This document shows, one piece after another, positions 12,514 through 25,700 of a stretch of DNA of 64,000 nucleotides. A program made the translations under genes and the position numbers. Below the pieces are notes generated by a model. The model had not been told where the DNA came from. It saw nothing but the letters and a program-made list of their open reading frames with translations, and searched no databases. Each line of letters starts with the position of its first letter. Position 1 is the first letter of the stretch. Origin of the DNA: Harriotta raleighana (lineage: Eukaryota); contig JBNZDD010013618.1 in the NCBI GenBank assembly GCA_050575255.1, forward strand, positions 2,356 through 66,355, written 5' to 3'.

Positions 12514-12899
12514 TAGTTGTTGGTAATGCCATGCCGCCAGCTGTAGTCTGATTGATATGATTAGTTTGCAGAAAGCTGACATTCTACCTTATACTCCAAA
12601 CCTATTGCCCAATGGTTATTATGTAACTCCTAGTAATTCAATCAAATGTCATAAAGGGCACTATATAAATATAAGTTACTAATGTTGAATGTTTCCTCCC
12701 AGAAAACTGCAGAGGTAAATCAATAGGTATGCTCGAGAAATGAATAAATACTCAGCAGTAGAAGTACTGAAGCTATGGCAGAACAGTAGGGCACTGGGAT
12801 TGAAAGATGGATTGAGATCTAATAAATTGATATCGGGCTGAATGGCCTGTTCCCATTTGTCTCTGTATTTCGATAAACAAATTAACTCAGACATAAACG

Positions 12900-13131
12900 A
12901 AAAATGCAAAATACTGCAAATGCTGGAAATCTGAAACAAACAAAAATTGCTGGGAACACTCAGCATGTTAGACAGCATCTATGGAGAAAGCAAAAGTGAG
13001 TCAACGTTTCGGGGCTATGACCCTTCATCAGAACTGATGAAGGGTTGTGGACCTGAAACGTTGACTCACTTTTCCTTTCTCCATAGATGCTGCCTGACCT
13101 GCAGTTCCCTGTGTTTTCTATTTTTGTTTCA
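12900..13131. mobile_element. Palindromic Penelope-like terminal-repeat remnant with two hammerhead-like cores
   Basis: 12973-13031 pairs with 13034-13092, and each arm reads CTGATGA-AGGG..CC(T/C)-GAAACGTT. The family assignment comes from known PLE motifs, not from a search. Confidence 0.7.
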
Positions 13132-14430
13132 CTCAGACATAATATTGCAATTGTTTTGGCAGCTCTCCCCTTTGATGCTACAATTTATAGTGATAATTGT
13201 GTAGCTGTTCATCATATATGTTCTTGGCTTGGAAACCCTCAAGCATAATTATAGTTGGAAACCAAAGCCAAGTGGAGTTGATTTAACTTCCATTTGATGC
13301 TATAAATAAATTACTAGATGTGAGTAATGTAGCCAATGGACATGTCATGCTGGTTCAGTGTAAGGTGCTCTTCAGAGGCTAGAATTGTCATTGTGTCAGT
13401 GTAGTGGGGACTGCAGATCACTAACTGATCAATTCAGTGCTTGCCCTGCAAGTGCAAGAGAACATTGCACTTCTGTGCAGTGAGCTTTCCTTGTTTTGGT
13501 AAGGATAAATTTTGCACAAGCTGAAATATTTTAAGATTTTGACAGCAGAATTGATAGATTTAGGCTGAATGCAATTAACAAGATGTTCATTTAGTACAGT
13601 CCTCCTAAATCATTATGCAGTTGTATAATGGGAAATCCTAAGTCTCATAGTAATTTGCTAATGTTAATCTTCTCTGTTATACCATGTACACCAAGAATCT
13701 GAGGTGTGCTGAGAGCTGGTGGTGAGCTGAAAATCTAGCATGTAATGCAATTTAGAATTATAACTGTTTGGGGAGTCAATTTAACTTAATTCTACATCAT
13801 TACTGTGGAATTTTTTTCTGTGATGTTTAAATACAAAAATTGTTTAGAAACTGATGATTTGTGGTTGGTTTCACAGCATTGAGTGAGAATCCTCACAGCA
13901 TTGAGTGAGAATCCTCACAGCAACAAAACTAAAATTGTGAACCAAATGGGAGTTGAGCCTGTTTTTTTGTGTGTGGGGGTAGGGGTGTCTGAAAACAAGA
14001 AATTATGAGCATATTGTCCAGTTTTCTTTATAACTTAAATTAATTGATTGATCAGTAAGTTAGAGAGAAGTCTGTAGAAGATGATTTTCAAAAAAAGCCG
14101 TTAAACTGTAAAATGAAGACTGGGTATTTAGATTGAGCTGTACTGAATCTACTTTGCCTTATTGCTGAATGTATAACATTATTTAATGGATAGAATTTTA
14201 GCAATCTCCCCTGAGAAGCTGAACAGAAGTGGGTTTTTTGAGTAATGCAGTTTACAAGTCAATTTTTAAAAATTGTGTGCACCTTATAGGATCATTTTTG
14301 GTGGATGAAGCTTAAAAACCCCTCTATTTTATGTGTTTATTACTGAGATGAAGTGGGTCACTATGGTTTGAATTGTGTCTTCACTTAATGAGGCATAATT
14401 ATTTAATCTGTTCCTTGTGTTTCATTATAG

Positions 14431-14557
14431 GAGAAGGGAGCAAAGCTGCGCAGACAACTGATCAAAGCAAAGAGCAAAATCGCAAAGGTGTAAAGAGACC
14501 CCATGAGGACCATGGGCGTGGTTATTATGAATATATTGAAGAAAACAAGTATCGACG
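14431..14557 (+). CDS. HNRNPU: HNRNPU exon 2
   Basis: TATAG|GA acceptor; [23 protein letters not shown]; CG|GTAATG donor. Confidence 0.95.
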
Positions 14558-14645
14558 GTAATGTTAGATGGATATTTACAGCTGGTTGTAATTCCCAACT
14601 GTTGTTCAATACTAGGGTATTAACTTGGATTTTTTTTATTCCTAG

Positions 14646-14719
14646 GGCTAAGTCCCCCCAACCACCCGTGGAAGAGGAAGAAGAACATTTTGATGATACT
14701 ACAGTTGCCCTGGATACTT
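14646..14719 (+). CDS. HNRNPU: HNRNPU exon 3
   Basis: CCTAG|G; [24 protein letters not shown]; T|GTAAGT. Confidence 0.96.
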
Positions 14720-14897
14720 GTAAGTGATCTTTTAAATGATTTGTTTCAATAATATGCAAATTTTTCTCCAGTTGCCATTTCTCTAGTCCAAACTCATTTC
14801 CCTAAATCACAATCTGCTGATCTGGACAATGCTTTTCTTTTCACTTATTTACATTTCAATAAGTGTAGTTTATTATGGATTTTATTTCAAGTTACAT

Positions 14898-15235
14898 ATC
14901 AATCAATATCAATCAATAATTACATTTATATAGCGCCTTTCACGTCGGGAGGACGTCGCAAGGTGCTGAAAAGTCAAGTAGATATTAGAGCAGGGAGGGA
15001 GGGGTCGGTGGAAGGAAAGTAGGAAAATTGACTGCATATTTGTGGGTGAATTGCGGCAGCCGAATTGCGCACAGCAGTGTTCCACAAACAGTCATGGAAG
15101 TGGGATCAGGGGAGAAAGTGGGGAAAGATGGGAAGGGGTCGGGGTAGGGGGAAGGAGAGGAGGAAAAACCAACTGTAGATTTGTGGGCAAAATGCGGCAG
15201 CCAAATTGCACACAACAGTGTCCCACAAACAGTCG
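14898..15235 (-). mobile_element. Composite retroposon: two SINE body modules, pyrimidine-rich spacers and an L2 tail
   Basis: SINE body (TTTGTGGG..GCGGCAGCC..GCACAGCAGTGT..CCACAAACAGTC) occurs twice; reverse L2 tail at 14920-14975. Confidence 0.8.
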
Positions 15236-16376
15236 CAGAAGGAGGGCCAGAGGAAAAAGAGGGTATGGAGGGAGAGGGAGGGAAAGGTGAGGTGGGGCAA
15301 AGTCAGTGGGGAGAAGGAGGGAAAGATGGGTAGGGGGCAAAAACAGGGAGAAAGGAGAGGGAAGGGGGAAATGGGAGAGGAAGGAAGGGAGGGAAGAAGA
15401 GGGGGGGGGGAAGGTTAGGGGGCGGGGAGATTAAACAACAAACAACATAGCTGCTTTATGCATTAATCTGCTAAATATATTCCAATTTTTAAAAAACTGA
15501 TAATTTTGGATTTTGAGACTGCCTTGCTTTGGAAATCTAAAGCTAGAATTCTCGTGGCTGCAGGAAGGAAATGATAAAATAAATCAATTGATTTGGTATA
15601 ATTCTGAGTAGCCTGTGTGTCACAATCATTCAGTTGTCATGTGTAGGGATGATTCATGGAACTGTTTAGGTTTGATACTCAAAAGCATGGTGATAGGTTT
15701 CTGTATGTCAGACATCCAGTTCACTTTAAAAAAATCTTTCTCAGTCCTTTATCCCTCTTCTCACATTCTCACTAGTAAAAATGGTATTGCTTCAATAATT
15801 TGCCAACCAGTTGTCTAATCTTTTGACCCTCTTATATAAACTAGTTGCCTGGAACAATATATTGAAACAACTTCTAGAATTTTTTTTTCATAACATCTTC
15901 ATATAATATGCCAACTCATGTTGCCTATTTTTCTCTTATTTATCATAGTTTGTAAGTGCATTGGATTGTGCTTGAGATGCTCACTGTTTCTGGTGTATTT
16001 TAATCCAAAAATCTTTGAAAAATGAATACATTTAAAATAAGTGTACGGTTTTAAATATTCTCCTGATGCACCAACATATTCAGTTTTAAAACATTTTCTG
16101 ATTTTGATGCAAATCATTCTCTATATTACTTGCTTCCTATTTGAGTAGTTTTCTTGGCATGTCCATTTTGGCATGCTGTGCTGTTGCCTTTTGATAGTCC
16201 ATTGATGGCTTTTTGTTTTAGTTGATGCATGCATTTATTCACCATGATGTGAGACATGTTAAATCCTGCACACAAGCTTTCAAAAATGTTTTAGAAACAG
16301 GTTATCCTAATGTGTTACCTGGCCTTTTTTTAAATAGGTTGGGCAAATTTGTAATCTATATCCTGTTCATTTACAG

Positions 16377-16516
16377 ACAACTGTGATTTGCACTTTAAAA
16401 TAAACCGAAATCGATTTGGTGCCATGCCTCTAACCATGGAAGGATTTGCCTACCTTTGGGCAGGAGGAAGAGCTTCCTATGGAGTTACCACCGGCAAAGT
16501 GTGCTTTGAAATGAAG
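16377..16516 (+). CDS. HNRNPU: HNRNPU exon 4 (SPRY/B30.2)
   Basis: TACAG|AC; [35 protein letters not shown]; AAG|GTAAGC. Confidence 0.96.
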
Positions 16517-16613
16517 GTAAGCCATTTTGTTGACAAAATTGGGAGGGTGGGGGAAATAAAAGATTTATGAAAACACAATGCCTTACTTACGCTTCACATA
16601 TGTTTGATAACAG

Positions 16614-16713
16614 GTAATCGAGAAGATACCAGTTAAACATTTACCACCTGACCAGACGGATCCACATGAAGTGAGGGTTGGCTGGTCCTTGGCTTCCACC
16701 AGCATGCTACTTG
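16614..16713 (+). CDS. HNRNPU: HNRNPU exon 5 (SPRY)
   Basis: AACAG|GTA; VIEKIPVKHLPPDQTDPHEVRVGWSLASTSMLL; G|GTAAAT. Confidence 0.95.
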
Positions 16714-19700
16714 GTAAATTACTTTTGATTCTTGGTTATTCATTTCCTTCCTTCATTCTTGTCCCCACTTTGCACAAGAGAGGAGGTGCTCTACTTAGAG
16801 GCTTAAGTATGTTTAATTGACAGATATCCTCTGTCATGAGATTTTTCTAATCTGTCTGAGAACTGACGCATGTTGCCTACTAGTTGGCTTGAATGTTCCC
16901 ATAGCTGTGAGTATATTTATATTTGAGTTCATTCAATATTAATTTTTAAAAGACTAGGCATTATTTTTCTACAATTTAAATGTGGATGATGTTAGAATGA
17001 TCCATTTAGCAGTAAACACAATAAATAATTTTGCATATAATGCAATATCTTCCAACATAAAGTGCTGCTTAGGTTTTCAAAACTCTAGTGACTTATTTTT
17101 GTAGACAAACGTGGCAGCTAATTTGCACAGCAATATCCCACGTTCAGTCATGAAGGGAGTAGCCAATGGAATGGTCCAGTTTTGAAATGAACCTACTTTG
17201 TACCCTAATTTTCTAAAATTGCTTAAGTTTGACTACTTTGAACATTTTCCATGTTAGTTACACCATATTTCAAATATTTTAATTATTTGAAAGGAAATTA
17301 TTTAAAGTTACTCGCTTTCAACTTCTAAAGAGTTACTTATTCTTTAACTACAGTTTGTGTTTTGCTAGTGTCATAGTACGCTGCATCAAATGTTTCCTAC
17401 GATTTTCAAACTGGTGCTGTGGAAAAAATCCATCATTGGACATGTGATTAATTGGTTAAAGTTATTTAATTGTATTGCTGAATGAAAGGATGAAGTGATA
17501 GTTCTTAGTGCTTTTGTTTAATAAGCCTAGTCTTTTGATGCTTCTGTGTGTGTGTGTATATATATATATATTGGTCAGGGATTGTATGTTATGATTGAAA
17601 AAAACACTTGCTAATGTTTTCCATAATCTCTACATGACATTTCAGAACTTGTTTATTGCATACTTATCAACATGAGTCCAATATTAGTTTTCCCGACTCA
17701 ATTGTTGGCTTTTTGTAAACCTGGGAATTAATCAAATCAATAGGTATAAATACCAATGTGTCTGATATTTCATTGTACTTTAGCACAATATTTTGTTCCT
17801 GGTACCGATTTCAGTACAATCCAACGCAGGCCAAAAGTATCCTCTTTCAACTCGTGATAAGTGGACAACAGGAAATGCATTTATTTGTATTCCTGATGAG
17901 TTAATATCTACAATATAAGAAGCTTATAATTCAGCACGAATTGACTGAATTGTTTATGAAAATTCTGATGCAGAGATTATGACACAATGAGGCCTTTGCA
18001 ATAATCATGCGCCTGGCCATACCAACACCAGCCAAAATTTTATTTCCATCAGATAAGTACAAACATTGAGACCAGTGCATTTGGATAATGTTTGCTTTCT
18101 GTTTATAACATTCTAAATTTAGGGAATAGAAGGGAGCATGCAACATTCTTTTGTATCTCTAATAACCTAAGAAACCAATAATTATGTGTAGTTTTTTTGT
18201 TAATTTTTGCAATGAGTGCATCTTCAATATAAAATTGGGCATTTATAAGTATATTATGATCTAACTGCCAGTGAGAAAAATGTGAAATGTCATACTGCTC
18301 GAGGTCCTCTTCTGGGGTTAGGTTTAAACATTGTAGAGTGAAGGTATACTAAGCCTGAGTGTGGTGCCTGAGATAGGCCATTTTCCATTTCCTGCCAGTT
18401 CCATCTTAACGGCAGTTGGAGGCATTCCTCTTTACATGTTCCTAGTGAAATAGTTTTCAGCCTTAAATCAATCAGGGTTATTCATTTGGATGAAGTAAGT
18501 ATTTGAGCATTTCTGAAACCTTTTTATTGACAAACCTGCATTTTGCCCTGATCTAATCGAGTAGTCCAGGTTGGGAGCTGCTCCTAAATGTCAGCTGACA
18601 TACTCTTCATCTCTTTCTTTGTACTGTTGGCCACTAGTGGCCAAAATATGGCCACTAGTATAATTGTTTGTCATTTGAAGGTGCAACAGCAAAAGCCAAC
18701 AACAACTTGCACTTATATAGCTCTCCACGCCTGGTGGTGTCTCAGAGTGCTTAGAAAGCTAAAAAGATTGTTTTACAACAAATGTATTTTGTGAAACAAG
18801 CAAAAGATATTGTAATGTACACAGTTTCTACTTTTTGCTTCTTGAATTCAGCAACTTTAAACACAATGATGGCTCAGTGTGCTCTGAAAAAATGGTCCAT
18901 GGAAACATGCTGAAAATATGATTTTTGTGCTTGAAAAGCATTAGAATTGGCACAATAAACAAAGTCATTTGGGGGAAGCATCACATATGAAAAATATTCA
19001 CTTCTTTGAAATTTATTTCTGTCCTTCAAATATGATTTGAATAAATATAGCAGCAAGCAGTACAATTATCTATTGTTTTCTCAATTCTTAGATTTTATAA
19101 AGGCTAGTTAGAAATTAGATGTGATCTGTAATAGTGCAATTGTTCTATGTTATAGAACATTTAATTTGAGGTCTTTCATGTACTGATCTACAACAATCTC
19201 ACAACTAACATGTAATGCGGCCATGAGGTTGAAGTAACAGAACTGAGACTAGAGGTTTACAATCTAATTTTATTTCTACTCAATTAAAATAGTCAATAGA
19301 ATAAAATTGTGATTACATTACATACAATATAACACACAACATTTTAAATGTAATTTACCCATGAATACGTTCTTGATTTAGAATATCCTCTTTCTTAGGG
19401 TTTGGTATTTATCAGATTGGATGTGCTACAGCAACTTTTGATACACATTCAGAGCATGTATGTTCCTGCACCAATTTACAAGTGACTGATTTACTCAGTT
19501 CATATTTATGCTGGTTGACTTCAACAACTTGGTCCAAGAAACAGCCAGTCAAGACTCTGCTCTCAACTGATTTATTGTTGAAAATAGTACTTTCAAACAA
19601 GTAGATAAATATTTGACTTTGTATTAGTCATCTTGAGATTTTAAAAAGATTAGCTTCCAAATCGATTAGCATACAACACTGAATGGTGTGTATTTTCTCG

Positions 19701-22700
19701 CAATAAGAGCAATATGTTATGGTCAATGGACTCATTAAACCTAAAAATCTCAAAACCATTGTTTGTTGCTTTTCCCGTCTTATTCTGAAAGAAGCATTAA
19801 TGCAGGAAATTGAGTATTGAAAGATTAGATATTATAAATTAATATTGTGGGACTGGGTGCTCTCCTTTTTTTTGTGTAAAATCTGTGAGGAAAATAAGCA
19901 GAGTTGTTTTAGAGTGCTAGTTCCAGATTGAATTTGGTTCTGTAAGTCACATTTTGTGCGAGTTACTAATAATTTCCTTGGGGACCCAATCTACAACTTA
20001 ATAAAGATAAGAGTCTGAGAACTTTCTTTGTAATATTCTTTTGTCTCCTGTACTCAAAAGTTAATGGGTGCTATCGTTGCACAACTCATAACATTTTTCT
20101 AAATGTAGCAAGGAAATTTTGCAATGATCACATAACTCTTTGGTACATTATTTTGTTGGTTATTCATGTGCTTTTTAAAAAAAAAAGTGCTATGGTGCAA
20201 TGCAAGTAATTATTCACCATAAAATGTCTGGACAGTTATTTAGTGCTATTGGAGTTCAACTAATTTCACACCATACTTCCATGAGGTGCCGAATTTTGAA
20301 GCCAAGTAGAAATTGGGTAAGATGTAATGTATTAATAATAGCTTTCCTTCTAGATACATTATATTTTATGCATGAACAATCTTTAGATCCACAACCTACA
20401 TTTCTACACCTATCTTATTTCCAAAGTGAAGGATACCATTCTCTTTCTGTCAGTGTCTAACTCAAATTAGTTGATGATTGAGGTTCACTGCTTCTAGATG
20501 TCTGCAGCAAGAAGCTGACTTAAGGCTTGAGTCGATTTAATTATATTAAAAAAAGGCTAGTGTTTTATTACAAATGATAGTCCACTTTCTCAGTTAAGTG
20601 TAATCAGGCATGCGTCTGTTTTGGTCCCCTTATGTTCTCTCAGTTAATAAACATGTTTTCTGGTGGAACAGATTAATTAAATTTATGGACTGTGTTTCCA
20701 ATAAGCAAGATGTGTTCATGATAGTCCTTCATTCATTGTTGATAGCACTTACTCACTAAGCGACAGACTTAATAATTTGTTGTTGAGTGTGCATGAATTA
20801 TTCTGATGCTTTTAATTGCAAAGACAGTTTTTAGATCTAGCCAGCAATATATTGTAAATTTGTGTGGGTGATTGGGTTTCTAGTCTTAACTAAAACATGT
20901 CATCCGTCCTGAGTACTTTAGTAATAAAAATGGAACTGAGCGACGTTCACCTTTCACAAATCTCCACTGATCAGTTTGTTCTGCATCTTTTAGGGATAGT
21001 GCATTCTACATCCCCCAAACTCTGTTTCGATTTCATTTCTAATTGCCTTATCTCTGATTTTAAGATTGTCCCTTATTTGAACCCCTTCAAAGTGGATAGC
21101 TGCCATTTCCAATAGAAGGCTTGATTATTCACTAATTGGGACTGGTTCCAAAGTAGACGAGCAGGTCTGTTTAAACAAAATTCTTGAAATACGTTAACAT
21201 GCTTTTCTCTGCTTAAAATCTATTATCTAACCAGAAATGTGGCTTTGTTACTATTTTTTGGAAAAACAATAGATGAGAAAAATAGTTTTTGGAGTTTTTA
21301 TGCTCCTTACTCTTCGCTTTAGTCTGTGAAGGCTTTGGTAACATATAAACAGCCCATGGTTGTGCTGTAGCAGTAAAGAATTGATTATATTGGGCAGTTG
21401 AGTAAGGGATGGAAATCTTACAGAATGCCTTTGACAGCCCATTTCACGCAGCTTGCTATACATTAGGCTTTGTCAAGTTATGGTCCTACGTTTTTCTTTG
21501 GGTCCATTTGGCAACCAAGTCATCTGATACATCGAATAAAATCTGATTCTCGTATTCAAGTCTTAACATCGAACCATATGTTTACACTGGAAATACAGTG
21601 CTTAGAATCTTGTAGATAACACACTGATCTGAAAGGTTCCATTTGAGGGACATTATACAATGGAAATAAAGGGGGAAATATAATTTTGAATCACTTTCAA
21701 TATCCAAAGAGGTTACCATGAGGAAAATGGGGCCTAAAAGAGCACCCTGTTATGTTGAATTCTTCCGGATACCCATCTGGACCTGATTCAACAGATGTTT
21801 GCCTCTTCTGCAAGAAATGTTTGCTTTTAGTATCTTGGACTAAATGTAGGCAGTGGAATGTTTACTGCAGTGACACGATGTAGTGCTGAAGTGAAATATA
21901 ATTCACCCACTAAGGTTCTGGAATGTCTTGTTAATGAATTGTTATGGTAATTTTCATTTTTCTCCCCCCCCCCCCCCCCCCNNNNNNNNNNNNNNNNNNN
22001 NNNNNNNNNNNNNNCCCCCCCCCCCCCCCCCCACACACATACACACACACACACAATGGAATGGAGGCTGAAGTTTGCTGCTTGTGTAATTGCTGAGCAA
22101 GCAGTCTGCCCAATTTGATACTGGTACCTTATTTGTACAACTATTGCTACTTGATATACTGCAAGAAATGCTCCAATCTGCAAAATAACAGGTTTTAACT
22201 TCATCACAGGCAGTGACCGAAGCATGCAGTGTTTTATCCAGGCCTGAATGCTTTGTGTGTTCTCCTTCAACTCTTATTCCTCAGCTAAATTGGTCGTCTT
22301 TTGTTGATGATGCAGAAGCAGTAATCTGTCCCCTCAGGAATGCCTTGTCCGCCTCAGATACAACAGTGATGGTGATGCTTCTGGAGCGGAGGTAGTAGTG
22401 ACAAAACAGGAAAAAAAGTCCACTTCATCTGCAACATTGGCCAGAAGTTTGGATCTCCCAGCAATGAGGTATTCAGTCGCCAGGTCGATGAGTGTGAAGG
22501 GTGATTTCTTGGCCCCAACACTAAATTAACCCGGGCGTTAACTGAAATCATGATAATCCAATCTTTTGTGACCCCAGTCATTTAATCTGGCAAAAATGGC
22601 GAGAGAAAAAATGCGGCTGGCACATCAAATGAGGAAAGCCAGGCTCTTGTGAATATACAAGACATCTGCCATTCCATTTTTGGCACATAGTTTAAGAAGC

Positions 22701-25700
22701 TTGGAGGAATTCCCTCTACTGAGGAACCATTTATCTATCCTAGGATCTAATATGCAATTATACTCACTCCTGTTTGCAGATGACCAGCAGCAGAGATAAA
22801 TAATGAAACAATTCTTGGAAACTCCATGTTAGGTCAGAAACATTAATGTTGTGTATTTCTCTGTTACAACAGCATGGATATTCCGTCAACCCACAAGGTC
22901 ACTGTTTAAGATGAAACAGAATGGCCACATCACATTTCTTGCAAGATTATGATTTGGAATAAACTTCCATTCTGTTGCTGTGGAATTTAATGGGGCACTG
23001 ATTTAATTGAAGATGTTTGGTAAACATTTTGGCGTGGGGGTGAGGGGGGATGACCAGTATCAGCCTAATTGCATTCTTGGCCGCAAATACTTTGCAGCAA
23101 AAGGCTCCAGTGTGGTTGTTTAAATGTATGCTATCAACCATTACTGAACAAAAGTTGTATTGTGTTCTATTTATGAAGTTGGTATTCAGTATCAGTAACA
23201 TGTTTACTGTAATAAGGCATCTTATTTTAAAATGATTACTGTTTCCAATGTGATAGCTTGCCTCAAGTTGAATCAATGATGTAGTCTATCCCGGCACACG
23301 GTCACAATATATAATTTTATAGGATTGTGTGATATTTCTTTCAAGTTACACATTCCAGTCAAATGTATTGTAACAAACCACTGCATATACTGATTGCAAG
23401 TGGTAGGATCCCAGTGATTTATTTAGATTTAAGCCTACTGATTGCTATACCTTTCTCTCTGAACCAGCCTCAAAAAGTAAGTACAGCAGTTCAACCTTTG
23501 AAGTTTAGCTAGTGCAGAAATAAATTGGAAGAATGTTATGAAAATAGTTTTCTGCTCCCCACCCCCAGTAAACATCACAAATTGTCCCCGTAGTACCAGG
23601 TTCTACCTGAAATTGTTTCCTGCTATAAAGGTAATGATCCCATCTGCTTTGTTTCCAACAAATACCAAAGCAGAGGACATTTGCATAATAAAACCTGCCC
23701 TGAAGTTCCAACCCGGGGTGGGATAGGCGGGGACTGCTGAACTGAATCAATGAATTAATATGCCAGGTACATAATGTCAATTCAGACAACCGGATGGATA
23801 TGTGCCACTAACTTTTGATGCAACATGCTATACAAATGCGCTATGTTTTCTTTGTTTTTCACCACAATGATGTAAATTATCGTAAAGTGTTTAAATCTAT
23901 ATTTGGTTTCTGTTCATCCATGAGCATGCTATGACTGGTCTCTTCTGGGGTGTTTACATTTAGTTTCATTTTCAAAGCTCATTCTCAGCCTTGATTAAAA
24001 TACCATAGCAGAGATTGAGTGCATGGAACGTTTTCTGTATTAAATTTCTTCCCATAATGTCCTAATTCTCGTTTTAAATATTTCTGATTGCCTGGACAGC
24101 TCGTAATTTTCTTTTTTTTTAAAAAAAGCTTCAGATGTTTTGAGCCTGTATGGGCAGTTTATCATTTATTGTACCACAGTTTGTAGATGACCAAAGAATT
24201 CTTGAACTCACTTCATCCAAGATGGTCATATATTTTTCTGGTGTAGAATTGAAGTTGGCAACAGCTTTCAAAAGAAATTGTATGCTCCAGGTGAATGGTT
24301 GTAAATATTGTAAATTAAATGGTTTCCACTCTTCAGTAGCCATGTTGAGCCATTCGGGGCCAGTTGTAGCACAATCTGATACATAGCAGAGCTTGCTCAT
24401 TTTATTGAACAATGAACTTCAACTATAACCACAGAATAATTCACTAGATCTTCACTTTGAATTATTTCACGTTCACACTAATCTTAAAAGAGATAGATTC
24501 TTAGTGTGAAAATGTGTGTTTATGCTGGGAACCATGCACACTAGAATGGGTTTAGGTTCCCCTTATAACCAGAGGAGAGTTTTATTATGTTAGCTAAACT
24601 CCAAGATGGAATCAAACTCTTGTCAGGAGAGAAGATCAGTGTGCACCAAAGTGCTTTGCCTTTTGGTAGATGGGTTGCTATTTTGTCTGGTGATCCACTA
24701 GGAGATTCCTTTGGTTACTTATATGATATGGAATGTACAGCTTTTACTTTGAAGGGGTTTTGACTTCTGCCTTGGGTGAGAACAGGGCTCAGTGTCTTCT
24801 GGTATCTATTTAAAAGGACCCAAATTATCAGCAATTCTATTTATCAAGATGAGACTGGATCGGCATGCCTTACCTAGAATAAGATGACATTGGTTACCTA
24901 TTATCAGTTATATCTTAAGTTTTTTTTATACAACACTTTATTAAGTCGAGCTGCATTCTATATTTGGGGGAATTCATAATTTTTATGTTCCTACATTGAG
25001 GAACTCATTGGAAAGCTCTCCTTATTTAAGGGAGATGGAGAGGTGGATGCAAATCTCTGACCAAATGTGTTGAGCAATTACCTATGTTTAATCACCTTTT
25101 GCCTTATGTAAACTATATCCTCACAAATAATAAACCACTGAGTTAAAAATCAAGTCTGTCTCAGAGAGCTGCTGAGAGCTTAACAACAGTTCATTTGCAT
25201 TTGGTCAACGCAGTATACCGTTGAAAAGTTGCAAACCTTTCAAGTGTGTTCTTAAAAAGTCATTCATTATATGTAGAGAGGCAGACTGAATAAACATGCT
25301 TAAGAAAACACATTTTGACTGACGGACGTCTGCTTGTTGCACCTGCTGATCTGTGATCAGATTTTAAGCATTTTCTCTTTCAAATCCATGTTTCAGCCAA
25401 ACTGCCTCATTAACTAAGTGACAATTTGGGGCAGTCTATTAGAGCTTCAGTGAGATGCACATGTTTTCACAAAAATGTTTTATTATTCATTTTCTAAGAT
25501 TACTATGTTGAATGGTTCTAAATGGACTGTGGAACTAAGATTAGAGATTTAGACTTTCAGCTTTACCGTCAAATTTTCTCTCCCTCTTTCAGTACGGTTT
25601 AATGTGTATCAGACACCCTCTTATTACCTCACCCAACTTGGCATTCTTCATCTGTGAGCTTGGATATTGTTGGCATTTGATCAGAAGCACATCCCCACAG

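Noticed and set aside
13872-13922. 22-nt tandem duplication (a similar 23-nt one lies at ~34458-34504)
   Set aside because: Ordinary slippage duplications with no further structure.
21340-21470. Possible H/ACA snoRNA in HNRNPU intron 5 (two loose hairpins ending CTTGCTATACATTA)
   Set aside because: No ANANNA hinge box and no symmetric pseudouridylation pockets; not supportable without snoGPS or Infernal.
22540-22830. Antisense two-exon micro-gene (ATG at 22828, donor GGA|GTGAGT, acceptor TTTTTGCCAG)
   Set aside because: Gives only a ~22-aa peptide with no recognisable similarity; the signals are also explained by the sense branch-like motif and a YY1-type site.
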